In this document: one piece after another, positions 35,091-49,615 of the stretch
Numbering within the stretch: the stretch's first letter is position 1
How the letters are laid out: every line of letters begins with the position of its first letter
Assembly (NCBI RefSeq): GCF_963921235.1
Contig: NC_086097.1
Span: 132,992,001 to 133,056,000 of the forward strand
Direction: 5' to 3'
Source of the DNA: Mobula hypostoma
Lineage: Eukaryota
Length of the DNA stretch: 64,000 nt
The notes under the pieces: model-generated
Seen by the model: only the letters and a program-made list of their open reading frames with translations
What the model was told of the DNA's origin: nothing
Database searches by the model: none
Made by a program: the position numbers and the translations under genes

Positions 35091-37708
35091 CTTTGTTCAA
35101 GCTGCAGCAAGGCAAGGCTTAAGGTCATGTCCAGGCAAGGATAGTTTACGGATAGTGTGCATTCAGCGGAGGCAAGAAAAGTCTTTGAAGAACATAGTGG
35201 ACCTTTGCACATCAGAGGACCAGAGCCATTTGGCAAACCAAGACATGATAAGGATGAAAATGAATGAATCTTGCATGACACCTACTATTTGGTCAGTGAC
35301 TTTACTAATTCTGAAGCATTATTGCCCTTTAACACCAAGATTCTAATGACGATTAATACATGTATTATTGAAGTGTAATTGATGATTGATTATGCAAAAT
35401 GGGAACCTGAACATACATAGGATTACCAGTTGGTCAATATCCATATCTGCTGGTCAATTTCTGTATAAAAAGCAGCGTTTCTTTGTTCAAACCTTAGAAC
35501 AGTTTGGTGGCAGAGACAATGCACAAGTAAATAAAGTATGAATGAGGAATGAGAGCAAGTTTTCAGTAATTGGCAACAACACCTTCAGTTAACATAATAG
35601 TTGGCAAACTATACAAGACTGCAGGAAGCTTAAAGCACAGTTGCAGCATTCTTTGTATGGGGGTTACACATTCCTGCGGCAAAGCTCCTGGAATGTCTCT
35701 GCGAAAGAAGATAAAAGCTGAAGTGAGAAGACTCTAATCCACTTGTGATTCCTTCAGCATTTTACTGGCCAAAGCAGAGCACACATCTACTTCCCAAACT
35801 CTGATATCAAGAACATTCAATTTTTTTTTTCCACACAAGATCCAAAAAGACAATCAAAATTACATTCTGTGAGCCTCTTTTTAGTGCATAAGAACAGGTG
35901 ACTATTTTAAATTAAATACAAAAAGGTGCAAATACTTCTAATATGAAATTAGAATAAGATGCTGGAAATACTCAACGAGTCAGGCGGCATCTGTTCAGAG
36001 AAGCAGAGTTAATAATTCAGGTTAATAGTGTTTCTTCAGAATGGAAAAAGTAAGAAGATAAACATGTTTTATGTTGAGTGAGAGGAAGAGTAGAAGAGAT
36101 AAAGGAATCATTTGTGATACAGTAGAGAGAAGGGGTGTCCAGGGGACTCATCTGATTTTGGTACTGTCTCATTGATTGATCATAGCTGGTCTATTTGAAG
36201 AAGTGTAGACAGAGGGAAATAGATTGAGGAAATAGATCCAGTTTGAGGAAAGGTCCATAAATAAGGTGGGACTATGATACCTGTATTACTTTGTGAAGAC
36301 AGTAATATTTATCAACAAGGTACTTATTGCAACCAAACAGAAAGCCAATAATGTTTCCCACGGTAAAATACATGACATGTGCTTTGATGTTTTTGCATGA
36401 AATAATTGTAGTTAGTTTGGATCGCTAACAGTTCAGTACCTCGGGGAAAGAAGACAAACTGACCTGTCAGACATTCCCTCCACCTGCCCCTCATTGCCAG
36501 GTTGGGGACTATAGGGAGAGCCAGAAAGAAAAGTATCTGAGTCGGGTGTGGTCGTTAGTGATCTATGGTGTACCAGTATGCCAAGATCAGAATCATGCTA
36601 TCCATTATAACATTAAATTGAGAACAATGCTAATTCAGAGGGCAGGATTGCCCTCCTTAATAAACCCTTCTTACTGGTCAATGTGACATACCTGGTTAAT
36701 TATTAACACTGCCTTGCAACACTGACAGATTTGTATTTAATGCTGCAGTTTTGATTTCTTATTGACTGTAATGTCTATCTGACTTCGATGACACTGTTCA
36801 TTTTCGTCATACCCGGGGAGAATTTTACAGGTTGCATGGAGCTAACTGATATTTCTGCGACTCTCAAGACCGGTATTAGTGCTTGTTTCAAAGCAAACAA
36901 TATATGAGAAACAAAGTAATGGAAATACAGGTGCAAATTTTAAAATGAATTAAGAATCCAAAATGATAGCGATCATACAAATCTACCTCAGCACCCAGAC
37001 TAGTGAGGTTGAGAGAGTGGTACTGCCCCAGTGCAACAGCTTTTCCACTTTAAAAACTCTCCTGCACAGGTTTCCCATCATCGTCGGAGATGATGGACAA
37101 CTACCACCATACCAGCTTCTATACAAAACCATTTACACGAAGTACTGGAGGAACTCACCAGGTCAGGCAGCTTCTATGGAGGAAAATGAAGCACTGATTC
37201 CTCACACATTTCCAAAGGTAATTTCTAATAATGTATAACTTACGTTAATATCCGTTTATGGTAACTTTTGTTTGTCATGTTTGTAATGTACTGTTCTGCT
37301 GTCGCTGCAGAACGTTAATTTTTGTAGCTTTTTATAACTTTTAACTGTCTTAGTAAAGCAACCAATATAATCAAAGACTCCACCTACGCCAGACAATCTG
37401 TCTTCCCTCCTGTCCCATCAGATAGAAAAAAAAGCCTGAAAGCATGCGGTATCAAGCTCAAGAACAGTTTCTATCGCACTGTTATAAGACTACTGAATGG
37501 ACCTCTTGTATGATAAGGAGAACTCTTGACCTCACAATCTACTTGTCACATCCTTGCATCACATTGTCTGCCTGCATTGCACTTTCTCTGTAATTTTGCA
37601 TTATTTTTCTTATACTTTCTGCTTGTACTACTTCAATGCACTGTTTAATGAAATGATCTGTATAGATGGCATTCAGAGCAAAGTTTTTCACTGCACCTCA
37701 ATACATGT

Positions 37709-38128
37709 TCTGCAAGCAGACCACAACCTTGTCGTAGTTTGGAGGCTTGTGTGCCTCAATGACCCAGAGAGCTATGTTGGCTGGAGTCAGGGCTTTATGC
37801 TTTGGCTCTTGGTAGGGTCACCCAGGCCAATCAGGTCAAAGGGTAGAGGCAAGACTAAAAGTGGTCCACCAGTCGTCCATTTGCAGGGCTTCAGCTCATG
37901 GCCAACAATCCTGATGGGTAAAACAAAATTGTTACAGAAACAGCAATGAAGAATCCTTCTACATCTGAGTATGATGGTTTTCCTAAGCCTCCTCCAGAAA
38001 ATGCATGACTGACAGCAACAAAAGCTAAGAGGAAGCTACTGATGTAATGCAGGAAGCCCTGAACACCGTCAGAGATGGAGAACCTTCATTGTTGCCCTAA
38101 ACTCCAGTGGCATAATGGGCAGTGTAAG
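37709..38128 (+). mobile_element. Bipartite non-autonomous RTE-derived element, inserted in a Rex1-like 3'UTR (37340-38165)
   Basis: 5' part resembles RTE/Expander 5'UTRs (accttgtcgtagtttggagg..gagctatgtt..ggtagggtcaccca). 3' part has RTE-like 'RWRTFIVAL' and gtaagt. 11-bp TSD TCAATACATGT / TCAATACACGT (37698-37708, 38129-38139). Confidence 0.65.
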
Positions 38129-39669
38129 TCAATACACGTGAAAATAATAACTTAATTTACCAACTTATCAATTTACTTATGCCATGGGTTTGAATGCCTA
38201 TAACGGTAAATTTGAACTTGAAAGACCATTGACCTGAAATGTTAACTCTGTACCCTTCTCTACAAGAGTAGTCTGATCTATTGATTATTTTAAACTATTA
38301 CTGTTTTATTTCAGACTTCCAGCCTCTGTAGTATTCTGCTTTGCTATGCTTATGGCTGGAGTATTGACAGTTCATTCCAAGTACCTGCATGTCACTATAA
38401 CAATTTTTTTTAATGCCCGTCTGTAATGAGATGAAAGATAGTGGTGGCATCTTGCTAGGCAATTTCAGAGGGAGGCTGAGACTAAATTATGTTGCTGTGT
38501 GTCTGGAGAATATACACATTAGCATCCCTCCCTAGGGAGTGTCAGTGAGTCAGATTTTGTTTTACGGCAGTCTGTTAGTGTCGTAACTACCATTACTGAT
38601 ACACTCAAGCCCTCATAGATCAAATCATTATGTCAGATTTATTTAATCAACTAAATTCAAATTTCCTGGATCATTAGTCTAAAAATCTTAAGCACAATGC
38701 TCTTTGATGTGGAGAAGTAATATATGTTTGAACAAATGGTAGTCTTAAAAGAGAAAACAACAAGATACCAGCTATTCCCAGCAAGATCTTTTGCTGCAGA
38801 TTTTATTACCATGACATTCTATCGCTGTTCCTGACAAGTCAAGATAATCTTCAATATCCAAACAACAAAGCCTGTTATGTCCATGCGTCAAGCTGCCCTG
38901 AGAGTGGTTTCTAATTCTAACATGGATTTAATGAGTCCACACAGATATCTATCGTGTTCCCTAGTCCAGCAGAAAGGTTTAATGTCAAGATGACTATTTT
39001 TGCATTAAAGTTCAATTCAGTGCTGTTTAGAATTGATTTGTTACACTTTTGTTCTATAATATGCCTTATACATAAATTTCTTTATCATTATTTTCTCCAT
39101 TTGCCAAAGGAAGATGCCTGGTAGATTCATTACCTTTTTTAATATGTTAACAGGAAGAGGCCACAAACACATGAATAGCCAGCATGCAAAGTAATGCCCG
39201 TATAGAGATCTTCCAGTGGTGCCTAACACAGTGCTGGCTGTTATGGTTTTAAGTTCTGTTTATATTGTGTGGCTAAATATGTGGTTTTTGTGGAACTCAA
39301 GAATTACTTTCATTTGTGAAATCCTCATGAATATAAGAGATTCAGTGCCTTCAGATTTATTTCCTGTGTTTGGCTGTGATATATAGGATTTATCGCTAAA
39401 GCTTCTTCCAACTGAGAGTAATGACGCTGGCCGGAAACAGCCTCTGCAGAAGGTATCGAGGCAAGTGAGCAGGTGCTCTAGTATGCTCGAGATGCGGATG
39501 CTTCTGTACTGCTCTTCTGGCAATCTGAGTTTCAGATTTCTGCTCTCTCACAAATAAGATGGAGTTAGTGCTACCCAGCAGGACTAACAAGGATTATGCT
39601 CATATTTCTGCCTTTTGTTTCATTAAGACATGGTTTTACTCGGACATACCAGACAATTTTGTTCAAATG

Positions 39670-40006
39670 CCAGGATACCAGCTTGAACCATAGGGGATAA
39701 CTTCATGCAACTTCATTTACCCCATCATTGAAATGTTCCCACAACCAATGGACTCCCTTTCAAAGATGCTTCATCTCATGTTCTGGGTGTTTATTGGTTA
39801 TTTGTTTAATATTAATATTATTCCTTTTAGTACTTGCACTGTTTGTTGCCTTCTGCACCCTGGTTGAATGCCATAGTTGGGTGGACTTCCATTGATTCAG
39901 CTATGGTTATTATTCTATAGATTTATGAAGTACACCCACAAGGAAATAAATCTCAGGGTTGTATATGGTGACATAGATGTACTTTGATAATAAATTTACT
40001 TTGAAC
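39670..40006 (+). mobile_element. Rex1-like LINE 3'UTR fragment
   Basis: Collinear with 22120-22443, including the tail. Confidence 0.75.
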
Positions 40007-40019
40007 TATTTAGACTGGT

Positions 40020-41458
40020 TCATAATAGCACAGTAAGCCACAGATCGCGGGGTGGTGACTGGTGCATGTTTATAAATAACAGATGATGCAGGACATGTCT
40101 GTCGTTCTTTCATTTTCCTCTGCTGATCTAGGGATTCTTTTCACTCATTGTAAACCATTCTACCTACCCAGGGAATTTCACTCTGTTATTCTCTCCAGTA
40201 TTTATATTCCTCCTCACTCAAACACTCAATCTGCAAAATATCTGTTGCCTGATAACATTCATGATTTGAAAATTAAATTTTCCGATACTGTCATTTTCAT
40301 TATGGAGGATTTTAAACATCGTAACATGCACCATGATCTGCCCAAATATCACCAGATGATGAGCTGCCCCAAATGTGAGGGCAGAACTTTGGACCACTTC
40401 TATACCACCACTAAAGGGGCATTCTGCCAATTTTCATGGCAACTCTGACTATGCTAGTTCCCAGCTAGAAACAAAGACTCAAACAGTCTAAACCAAACTG
40501 GTCCATCAAACAGCAATGGACTCCTGAGTGTTGAAAGGCTAAGAGACAGCTTAAGCTCCATTGATAGGAAGGTATGGACAGTTGATGTAGCAGTACAGAT
40601 GAATATGCTGACGTTGTAACATCCTACATATCCCTCTGTGAGGATGTGTGTCTTCCTAAGAAGACCATTCTGAGGTACAACAATAACAAGCCATTGAAGA
40701 GTTGAGGACTCATATCAGTAAAGGATCATGCCTACAGGTCTGGAAACAGGAAAGAATATAGCTCTGCAAAATGGCAGTTTAATAAAATTCTAAAAGTGGT
40801 GAAAGCCACTTACAAGGATTGGCTAGCAAGAGACTTCAACAACAACAGTTGGGAAGTCTGGAGTTTTCTGCAAAGTCTTACCAGCTTAGGAAACTTAACA
40901 TCTCAGGAAGAACCCTGATGATTTTTTCCTCAACCATTATTCAGAGTGTTGTGACCTCCTCCATCACCATTTGGTTTCCCGCCCTCTCCACTCTCTCCAA
41001 GTCCAGGTTGTAGTGTGTGGTCCACACGGTGAAGGTGATCATTGGCTGTCAGCTACTGACATTAAAAGACCTGTTTATTGCCAGAGCAAAGAAAAGAGCT
41101 GGAAAAAAATTACTGCTAACTCCACCCTCCCTTCCCCCTCCCTCCCCCCCAGCAATCATGTACTCACCAAATTGCCATAAGTGAGATGCTACAAGTCCAT
41201 CCCCACCAGGACTACATGTCATCTCCAAAGCTTCTTTGCTGTAGCTATCCAGCTTCTCAATAAAACTTGATTATTGGCATTTGTGCAAGTGACCATTTTG
41301 CTAATTGTTGATTGCTCATGGCTGTTTGCACTAGTGTCCTGTGAATTGTTGGTTGCTATTGTGTTGTCTGTTACAGTATTGTCTTGAGTTTTATGCTTGC
41401 CATCGAACCACAATCAATTCTGATGCGTTTTGTATACTGGCAATATTCTGATTCTGAC
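40020..41458 (+). mobile_element. Old internally deleted Rex1-like LINE (APE remnant + C-terminus)
   Basis: CKPFYLPREF, IYIPP, EDFKH and RTLDHFY; IIQSVVTSSITIWF; (ATTCTG)n tail. Confidence 0.75.
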
Positions 41459-44400
41459 GCTGACTTGGTATCACTTACCTAGCACAATGTGCTTCAGAAT
41501 TACTTGACGTCATAAGAATGAATATTCGAGTGAATAAAAATGTTGCATCCAGATTTTAGCATTGGTAAAATATTTGGATAATTATTATCATATGTACCAA
41601 GCTACAGTGAAAAACTTTGTTTTACATGCTAGCATACAGGTCATTTCGTCACAACAGTCTTTAGAGGTAGTACAAGGGAATTCAAAACCACAAAGCAGGA
41701 TAAATCAGTAACAATTATAAAGCATTGTGCAAATCTAGGTAAAGCACCATTGTCCATGTATAGAGATAGCAGAATGAAGTTTTGCTTATTGGTCAAATTG
41801 AAATACTAGAAATGAAGGATTTCTGAGGTTGTAACCATGTCTGGAAACATTTAGCCTTGAGAAATGGTTGTGTGAGTGAACATCACTTCCTTTGGAACGG
41901 AGAGGCTGAGGAGAGATTTAACTGTGGTGTACATTATGCAAGCTTCAGGTAGTCAAACAAAACTGACTTCAGTTCACAGAAATACAGAAGATATCAGTGG
42001 ATGAACTCTAGACCTCACAATCTACCACATCATGACCTTGCATCTTATTGTTTACCTGCACTATGCTTTCCTTGTAACTATAACACTACATCATGCATTC
42101 TGTTGTTTTCTTTCCTTGTTCTACTTTGATGTATTTAGCTGATGAAATGATCTTTATGGATGGCATGCAAAACAAAGTCCTCACATATTAGAGGAGCAAT
42201 GAGTGAAATAGTTTCACCTAGAGGTTATTAAAGCCTGGAAGGAAAGAATAAATAGAAACACACGTTATACTTGAGCATTGGCCTTAGTCACTCTAACCCA
42301 ATCACTTTGTACTCCAGCACTCCACTCAATCCAAAGACTATCATCAGATAGGGTGCTGGCAATGCTCCTTGATGAACTGACCTCTCGCTTATTGTCAGTT
42401 CTCAGACAGGGCTCTCTCCTTCCACTGCGCCATAACATCCACCAATAAACATCACATTATCATCTCCTAGCAAAGTTAAACAAGCTAGGGCTTTTCTCTT
42501 TGGAGCGAAGCTGGGTAAGAGATGATTTGTTAGAAGTGTATAAGGTGATAAGAGGCACAGATAAAGTGGACAGCCAGTGTTTTCTTTCCCGTGTCAGCAA
42601 TAGCTAATAGTTGGAGAAAAGCATAGGAAGGATGTAAGAAATAGGACTTTTTTTACACCAAGAATGGTAGGTGCCTGGAATGCATTGCCAGGAGTGGTGG
42701 TAGAGGCAGATGTATTAAGAGACTCTTAGATAGATGCATGGATGAAAGAACAATTAAGGGCTGCATATGAGGGAAGGGTTAGCTTGGTCTTGGAGCAGGT
42801 TAAAAGGTCAGGACATCATGGGCCAAAAGGCATGTACTGATCTATAACCTTCTACATTCTATAGAGTCACTGGCTTTATCTCTTCAAGACATCGTTCTTT
42901 CATGGACTCCAGCCTCATTGTCCTGCAAACCCACCCAGCCCATTTCTACCATTTCCCAAAGACCTGCAAACAGAATTGCTCTGGAGAATGCATTGCTTCA
43001 GCCTGCTCTTGTCCCACAGAACTTTTTTCTTCCCACCCTCATTTTATATTTCCTCCCCTTTCCCGGTTTCCATCTATGATGCCTCTAATGCCCTTCACTG
43101 TTCTGACAGGTCTCATCCAGCTGAGATTCACAATGAACATCCAATCCCTCCCTCCTGGTGCCTGGAAGGTGCTGCTGGGGCTGGTAGTGGAAGTCAGTAT
43201 GATAGTGGCATTCAATAAGCTTTTACGCAGGCAGTGGAGGGATATGGATCATGTGCGGACACAAGGGGTTAGTTTAATTTTGCCATCAAGCTCAGCGCAG
43301 ATTCTATGGTCCGAAGGGCCTGTTCCTGTACTGTTCAATGTTCTATATTCTATCTCACTTCTTCCATGAACACAGATCCAACTGACTCCCTTCCAACACC
43401 AACCCACTTCCCTGGCAGATTTGCTGTCACATTGAACAATTTCCATAATACTGTTCACATGCTCCTAATCAAAACTTTGTGTACCTGTATGGGTCCAAGG
43501 TGTGCTTTCCCCTTTGATTAATGCATAAAGTCGTTTTTGCTTTATTCTTTTTCAGACGCACCTTCTTTAGTCATTTTTCCATTACATTGGTGACTCCCAG
43601 ATGAGGGACGAGAAGTCTTTTTGCAGTCCTGATGAAGGGTTTTGGCCCAAAATGTTAACTGTTTACTCTTTTCCATAGATGCCTCCTGAGCTTTCTGAGT
43701 TCCTCCAGCATTTGTGTGTATTACCTCCATCTACTGCTCACCAGATTTTGCTCCATCACTTCTCTTCACCTTTTCATACTGGCTATCTCCGCTCTATCTT
43801 TCAGTCCAGATGTAGGGTCTTAATGCAAAATATTCACTAACCTTTTCGCTCCACAGCTACTGCCCGGCCCAAGGAGTTCCTCCAGCTCCAGGTTTCAACA
43901 TCTACAGTTTCTCATACCTCCAAATCGCTCTGATATCCAGTAACGTTGAGGAATAGCACCTTATCTTTTATTTCAAAATATTACAGCACTTAGGACGTAA
44001 TAATGATTTCAACAATTTCATGTAGCCACTTTTTTTTCTTTCCCAGTTGCATCTCCAAAGTATCTGTTTTTTTTTCCCTATATCTTTTTTTTAAATCTAC
44101 AGTATCAAACTGCCCATTTTTAAAGTAATTCTTAACATGATAACTTTGGTCTAATCCTGTCATCGGTATTCGATGTCCATTTCTCCTAACTCTGCACAAC
44201 TTTAAAACAAGCTTGTCTTCTCACTTCTCCAGTTCTGATGAAGGATTATTGACTCGAACCATTGATTCTTTTTCTTTCCCCATAGATGCTTCTCAACTCA
44301 TGAGGGCTTCCAGCTTTTGCTGTTCATGTTTTGAATTTCCAGTGTCTACATTTTTTTGTTCCAATAGCTGAAAGAGTTTGGTTGTACACTTGAAAACCTG

Positions 44401-45179
44401 TAAGACTATGGAACCAATAACAGGAAAACAGGGTTATACTGGATAGCTCTTTTAGGACTAGCATGGTTACAATGGGTTGAAAGGCTTCCTTTTGTATTGC
44501 AAGTCTTCTTTTATTTAATCCTATGAACAAAGCTTTTAAACTGCCTCAGATTTACACTGTCATCTCCCTCCTCACACTCAGCCTCCCAGCTACTGTTCCT
44601 CTTATTCATCTGGTAATGCCCTCAGCAATGCACTTCCCCCAGCTCTCCTTCTCCAGGACCTTCCATAAAACCGGTATGCTTGCTTGTATTTTTAGTCACC
44701 ACTCTTGCTACCACTTTGTATTGCTCCTGGGAACAAGTAATTAGGTTTTTTTTGTCACATGTACTGAGATATAATGAAAAGCTTGCCAATGTGGGCTATC
44801 AAGACAGATCATTCTAAAATAAGTACGATCGACAGAAAACAACAGAATGTAGAATATAGTCTTACACTTACGGGATAGACTGAGAGATTAAGATATCATC
44901 ATCATACAAGAGGTCTGTTCAAGGATGTTATAACAGCAGGATAGAAACTCTCCTTAAGCCTGGTGCCACATACTTTCAAGCTTTTGAATCTTTTGCCTGA
45001 TGGGGGTGGGGGGGAGAAAAGAGAAAGACCGGGATGGTTGGGGTTCTTGAATCATGCTGGTTACTGTCTCAAAGCAGCTGGAAGTGCAGACAGGGGCAAT
45101 GGAGGGTAGGCTAGTTTTCATAATAGCCTAGTGTGACCAGATCCTGAATTACCCCTACGAACTGTGCTCGTTTACCCCT

Positions 45180-47243
45180 ATTAACGGAAGTGATCTGAGG
45201 CAGAGTGGTAGGGCTTTGGCTCATTTGGGCTTCGGCGATATCGGGTCAAGTCGAAGTAATTTGCCTGTGTAGAATACAGACAGGAAGTATGTCTGTGAGG
45301 CCGGTGTTCTGTACTGGGTGTCAGATGTGGGAAGTCCGGGAGACTCCCAGCCTCCTGGACGGCGACATCTGCACCAGATGCGCTGAGCTGCAGCTCCTTA
45401 GGGATTGTGTTATGGAACTGGAGATGCAGCTCGATGACCTTCATCTGGTCATGGAAAGTGAAGAAGTGATAGAGAGGACCTATAAGCAAGTAGTCACACC
45501 CGGGCCTCGGGAGACAGATAAGGGGGTAACAGTCAGGAGAGGGAAGGGCAGGAGCTAGATACTACAGAGTGCCCCTATGGCTGTTCCCCTTAACAATAAG
45601 AACTCCTGTTTGAGGACTGTTGGGGGATGGCCTACCTGGGGAAAGCAACAGTGGCCACGCCTCTGGCACAGAGTCTGGCCCTGTGGCTCAGAAGAGTAGG
45701 GAAAGGCAGAGGATGGCAGCAGTGATAGGGGACTCTATAGTTAGGGGGTCAGACAGGTGACTCTGTGGATGCAGGGAAGAAATGCGGATGGTAGTTTGCC
45801 TCCCAGGTGCCAGCGTCTGGGATATTTCTGATCATGTCCATGATATTCTGAAGTGGGAAGGTGAACAGCCAGAGGTCATGGTACATATTGGTACCAACCA
45901 CATAGGTAGGAAAAGGGAGGAGGTCCTGAAAGCAGACTACAGGGAGTTAGGAAGGAAGTTGAGAAGCAGGACCTCAAAGGTAGTAATCTCAGGAGAGGAG
46001 AGGCTGTACTTGATCTGGTAGTGGGAAATGAACCTGGTCAGGTGTCAGATGTCCTGGTGGGAGAGCATTTTGGAGGTTGTGATCACAACTCTATCTCCTT
46101 TACCACTGCTCTGGAGAGGGATAGGAGCAGACAATTTGGGGAAACATTTAATTTCGGTAGTGGGAAGTATGATGCTATTAGACAGAAACTTGGAAGCATA
46201 AATTGGAAACAGATGTTCTCAGGGAAATGTACAGCAGTAATGTGGCAAATGTTCAAGGGATATTTGCGTGGCATTCTGCATAGGTACGTTCCAATGAGAC
46301 AGGAAAAGGATGGCAGGGTACAGGAACCATGATGTACAAAGGCTGTTGAAAATCTAGTCAAGAAGAAAAGAAAAGCTTACGAAAGGTTCTAAAAACTAGG
46401 TAATGATAGAGATCTAGAAGATTATAAGGCTAACAGGAAGGAGTTTAAGAATGAAATTAGGAGAGCCAAAAGGGACCATGATGAGCCTTGGTGAGCAGGA
46501 TTAAAGAAAACCTCAAGGCATTCTGCAAGTATGTGAAGAGCAAGAGGATAATACGTGAGAGAATAGGACTAATCAACTGTGACAGTGGAAAAGTGTGTAT
46601 AGAACCGGAGGAGATAGCTGAGGTACTTAATGAATACTTTGCTTCAGTGTTCTTTTTTTTTTATAATTTTTTTATTGAAGTTCATCATCAAACAAACATT
46701 TCCATAAGATGTATTTCAGATACTGTACATATATATCATATAATCATATTTGTCACAAATCTCCACATAATACTTCTCTGAGGTATACACTTATAGAAAG
46801 GAGAGGAAAGAAAGAACAATTGAAATAAGAAAGCTATGTACAAAGTAGGGAGTGATCTTTTTTTCACAATATATTCACCTGTGAGAGCAAAATCAGGCCT
46901 ATGAGATGTTGTGTAGTTAAACCATTTTTCCCAGTATGAATCAAATTGTTCCAACTTATGATTAACAGATGCTATTATCTTCTCCACTTCAGTATTTACT
47001 ACGGAAAAGGATCTTGGTGATTGTGGGGATGACTTACAGTGGATTGAAAAGCTTGAGCATATAGATATTAAGAAAGAGGATATGCTGGAGCTTTTGGAAA
47101 GCATCAAGTTGGATAAGTCACCGGGACCAGACGAGATGTACCCTAGTCTACTGTGGCAGGCGAGGGAGAAGATTGCTGAGCCTTTAGCAATGATCTTTGC
47201 ATCATCAATGCGGACGGGGGAGGTTCTGAAGGATTGCAGATGT
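45180..47243 (+). mobile_element. Degenerate CR1 with ORF1 joined directly to mid-ORF2 (deletion or chimera)
   Basis: ORF1 remnants (CTGC..CTRC, GDS, GTNH) run to ~45995, then GEAVLDLVVGNEPGQVSD of ORF2 follows directly. Confidence 0.85.
46653..46985 (-). mobile_element. Short L1/Tx1-like 3' fragment with poly(A) tail, nested in CR1
   Basis: Poly-T plus TTTATT at the left end; EKIIASVNHKLEQFDSYWEKW C-terminal remnant; degenerate 12-bp TSD gcttcagtgttc / acttcagtattt. Confidence 0.7.
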
Positions 47244-47354
47244 TGTTCACAGTCACAGACACAGTCCACCAGAGGCGCAAACCTATGATCCTCTGAGATC
47301 GACGTCTGACTGCGATTCATCGATGGCCAGTCAGAAAAGGCTTCCTTTGGACCA

Positions 47355-48965
47355 CTAGACCATAAGATATAGGAGCAGATATAGGCCATTTGGCCCATCG
47401 AGTCTGCTCTCCCATTTCATCATGCTTGATTCATTTCCCTCTCAGACACAATCTTCTGTCTTCTCCATGTAACCCTTCATGCCCTGATTGATCAAGAATC
47501 TATCAAACCTCTGCTTTAAACTCAAAGCTCAATGACTTGGCCTCCACAGCTGTCTGTGGCAACGAATTCCACAGGCTCTCCACTTTCTGGCTAAAGAAAT
47601 TCCTCCTCACCTCTGTTCTAACTGTATGTCCCTCAATTCTGGGGCTGTGCCCTCTGATTCTAGACTCTCCCACCAGAGGAAATATCCTTTTCACATTCAT
47701 TCTATCAAGGGTTTTCATCATTCGAGAGATTTCAATGAGATCCCTTCTTATTCTTCTGCATACCAGTGAGTACAGGCCCAGGGCCATCAATCGGTTCTCC
47801 TATGGTTACCCTTTCATTCCTAGAATCATCCTCGTGAGCTTCATCTGGACCCTCTCCAATGTCAGCATTTCCTTTCTTGGATAAGGGGCCCACAGCTGCA
47901 CACAGTTCTCCAAGTGCGGCCTTACTAGTGCCTTATAAAACCTCAATATTCCATCCTTGCTTTTATATTCTAGTCCTCTTAAAATGAATGCTAACATTGC
48001 ATTACCTTCCTCACCAGTGTCTTAACCTGCAAATTAATCTTTTGGAAATCCTGCATGATGACTCCTAAGCCCTCCTAAGTTTGCCCCTTGGATTTTTGAA
48101 TTTTTTCTCCATTTAGAAAATAGTCTACGTTTTTACTTCTTCTACAGAAGTGCATGACCATACATTTCCCAACACTGTATTCAATCTCCCGTTTCTTTGC
48201 TCATTCTCCTAATCTGTGTAAATCTTTCTGCAGACTCCCTGCTTCCTCAATGCTATCTGCCTCTCCTCCTATCTTTGTATCATCTGCAAACTTGGCCACA
48301 AAGTATCAGTTCCATCATCCAAATCATTGACATATAATGTAAGATGAAGCAGTCCCAACACAGACCACTGAGGAACACTGGCACCAGCAGCCAACTAGAA
48401 AAGGCTTCCTTTATTCCTACTCTTTGCCTCCTGCCAATCAACCAGTGCTCTATCCATGCTAGTATAATTCCCGTAATACCATGGGCTCTTAACTTGTTAA
48501 TCAGCCTCATGTTTGGCACCTTGTCAAAGGCATTCTGAAAATTCAAGTAGACAATATCCACCAACTCTCTTTTGTCTATGCTGCCCGTTATTTCCTCTAA
48601 GAATTCCAACAGCAAGATATCCCCTGAAGGAAACCATGCTGACTTTGGCCTATTTTATCATGTGTCTCCAAGTACCCCGAAACCTCATCCTTAATAATGG
48701 ACTCCAACATCTTCCCAACCACTGAAGTCAGGCTAACTGGCCTATAATTTCCTTTCTTCTGTCCCCCTCCCTTCTTAAAGTGTGGAGTGACATTTGCAAT
48801 TTTCCAGTCCACCGGAACCATTCCAGAATCTAGTCATTCTTTAAAGATTATTAATGACTCCACAATCTCCAACTACCTTTTTCAGAACCCAAGGGTGTAG
48901 TTCATCTGGTCCAAGTGACTAATCTATCTTCAGACCTTTCGGCTTTCCAAGCACCTTCTCCTTAG
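47355..48965 (-). mobile_element. Degenerate CR1 3' half
   Basis: Minus-strand RT ORFs 48597-48821, 48280-48615, 47806-47997 and 47503-47790; antisense tail gaccataagatatagg. Confidence 0.88.
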
Positions 48966-48974
48966 GAATAAGCA

Positions 48975-49615
48975 CATCAATACCAACAACCTTCTACAGC
49001 TGCGCAGTAGGGAGCATCCTAACATGCTGCATCACAGTATAGTACAGAAACTACACTGTAGTAGACAGGAACACTCTACAACGGGTAATCAAAACTGCCC
49101 AATGTATCACTGGCACAAGTCCACCCACCATGAAAGTCACATACTGTATACAGAAAGATGCTGGGTATAAGCCAGCAATATCATGAAGGATTCCACTCAC
49201 ACTGCTCATGGACTGTTTGTCCCACTCCCATCAGGGACGAGACTAAGCAGCATCCCCACCAGGATCACCAGACTCAAAAACAGTTCCTTGCCCCAAGCAG
49301 CAAGGCTAATCAACACCTCCACCACTAACCCAACTCCACAGCCCCAACCACCTCTTCCTTATCATTTCCTGTCAGGCACCTTACATACAGATGCTCCTGT
49401 ACTGCTTTTACTTTATGTACATATAATCTATTTTATGTACTTATTGTGTGTCTTTTTAATTATTGTGTTCTTTGTCTTATTGTGTGTTTTTTTCTGCTGC
49501 TTTGGATCCAGATTAACAATTATTTCCTTCTCCTTTACACTTGTGTACTAGAAATGACATTAACCAACAACATATCAACTTGTGATATGGTAATAAACCT
49601 GACTTTGACTTTGAC
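48975..49615 (+). mobile_element. Rex1-like LINE 3' fragment
   Basis: MKDSTHTAHGLFVPLPSG..RLKNS..PQAARLIN; (TGACTT)n tail. Confidence 0.7.

Noticed and set aside
39260..39590. Short minus-strand ORFs in apparently unique sequence
   Set aside because: No recognisable protein motif or convincing splice pair; could be regulatory but unsupported.
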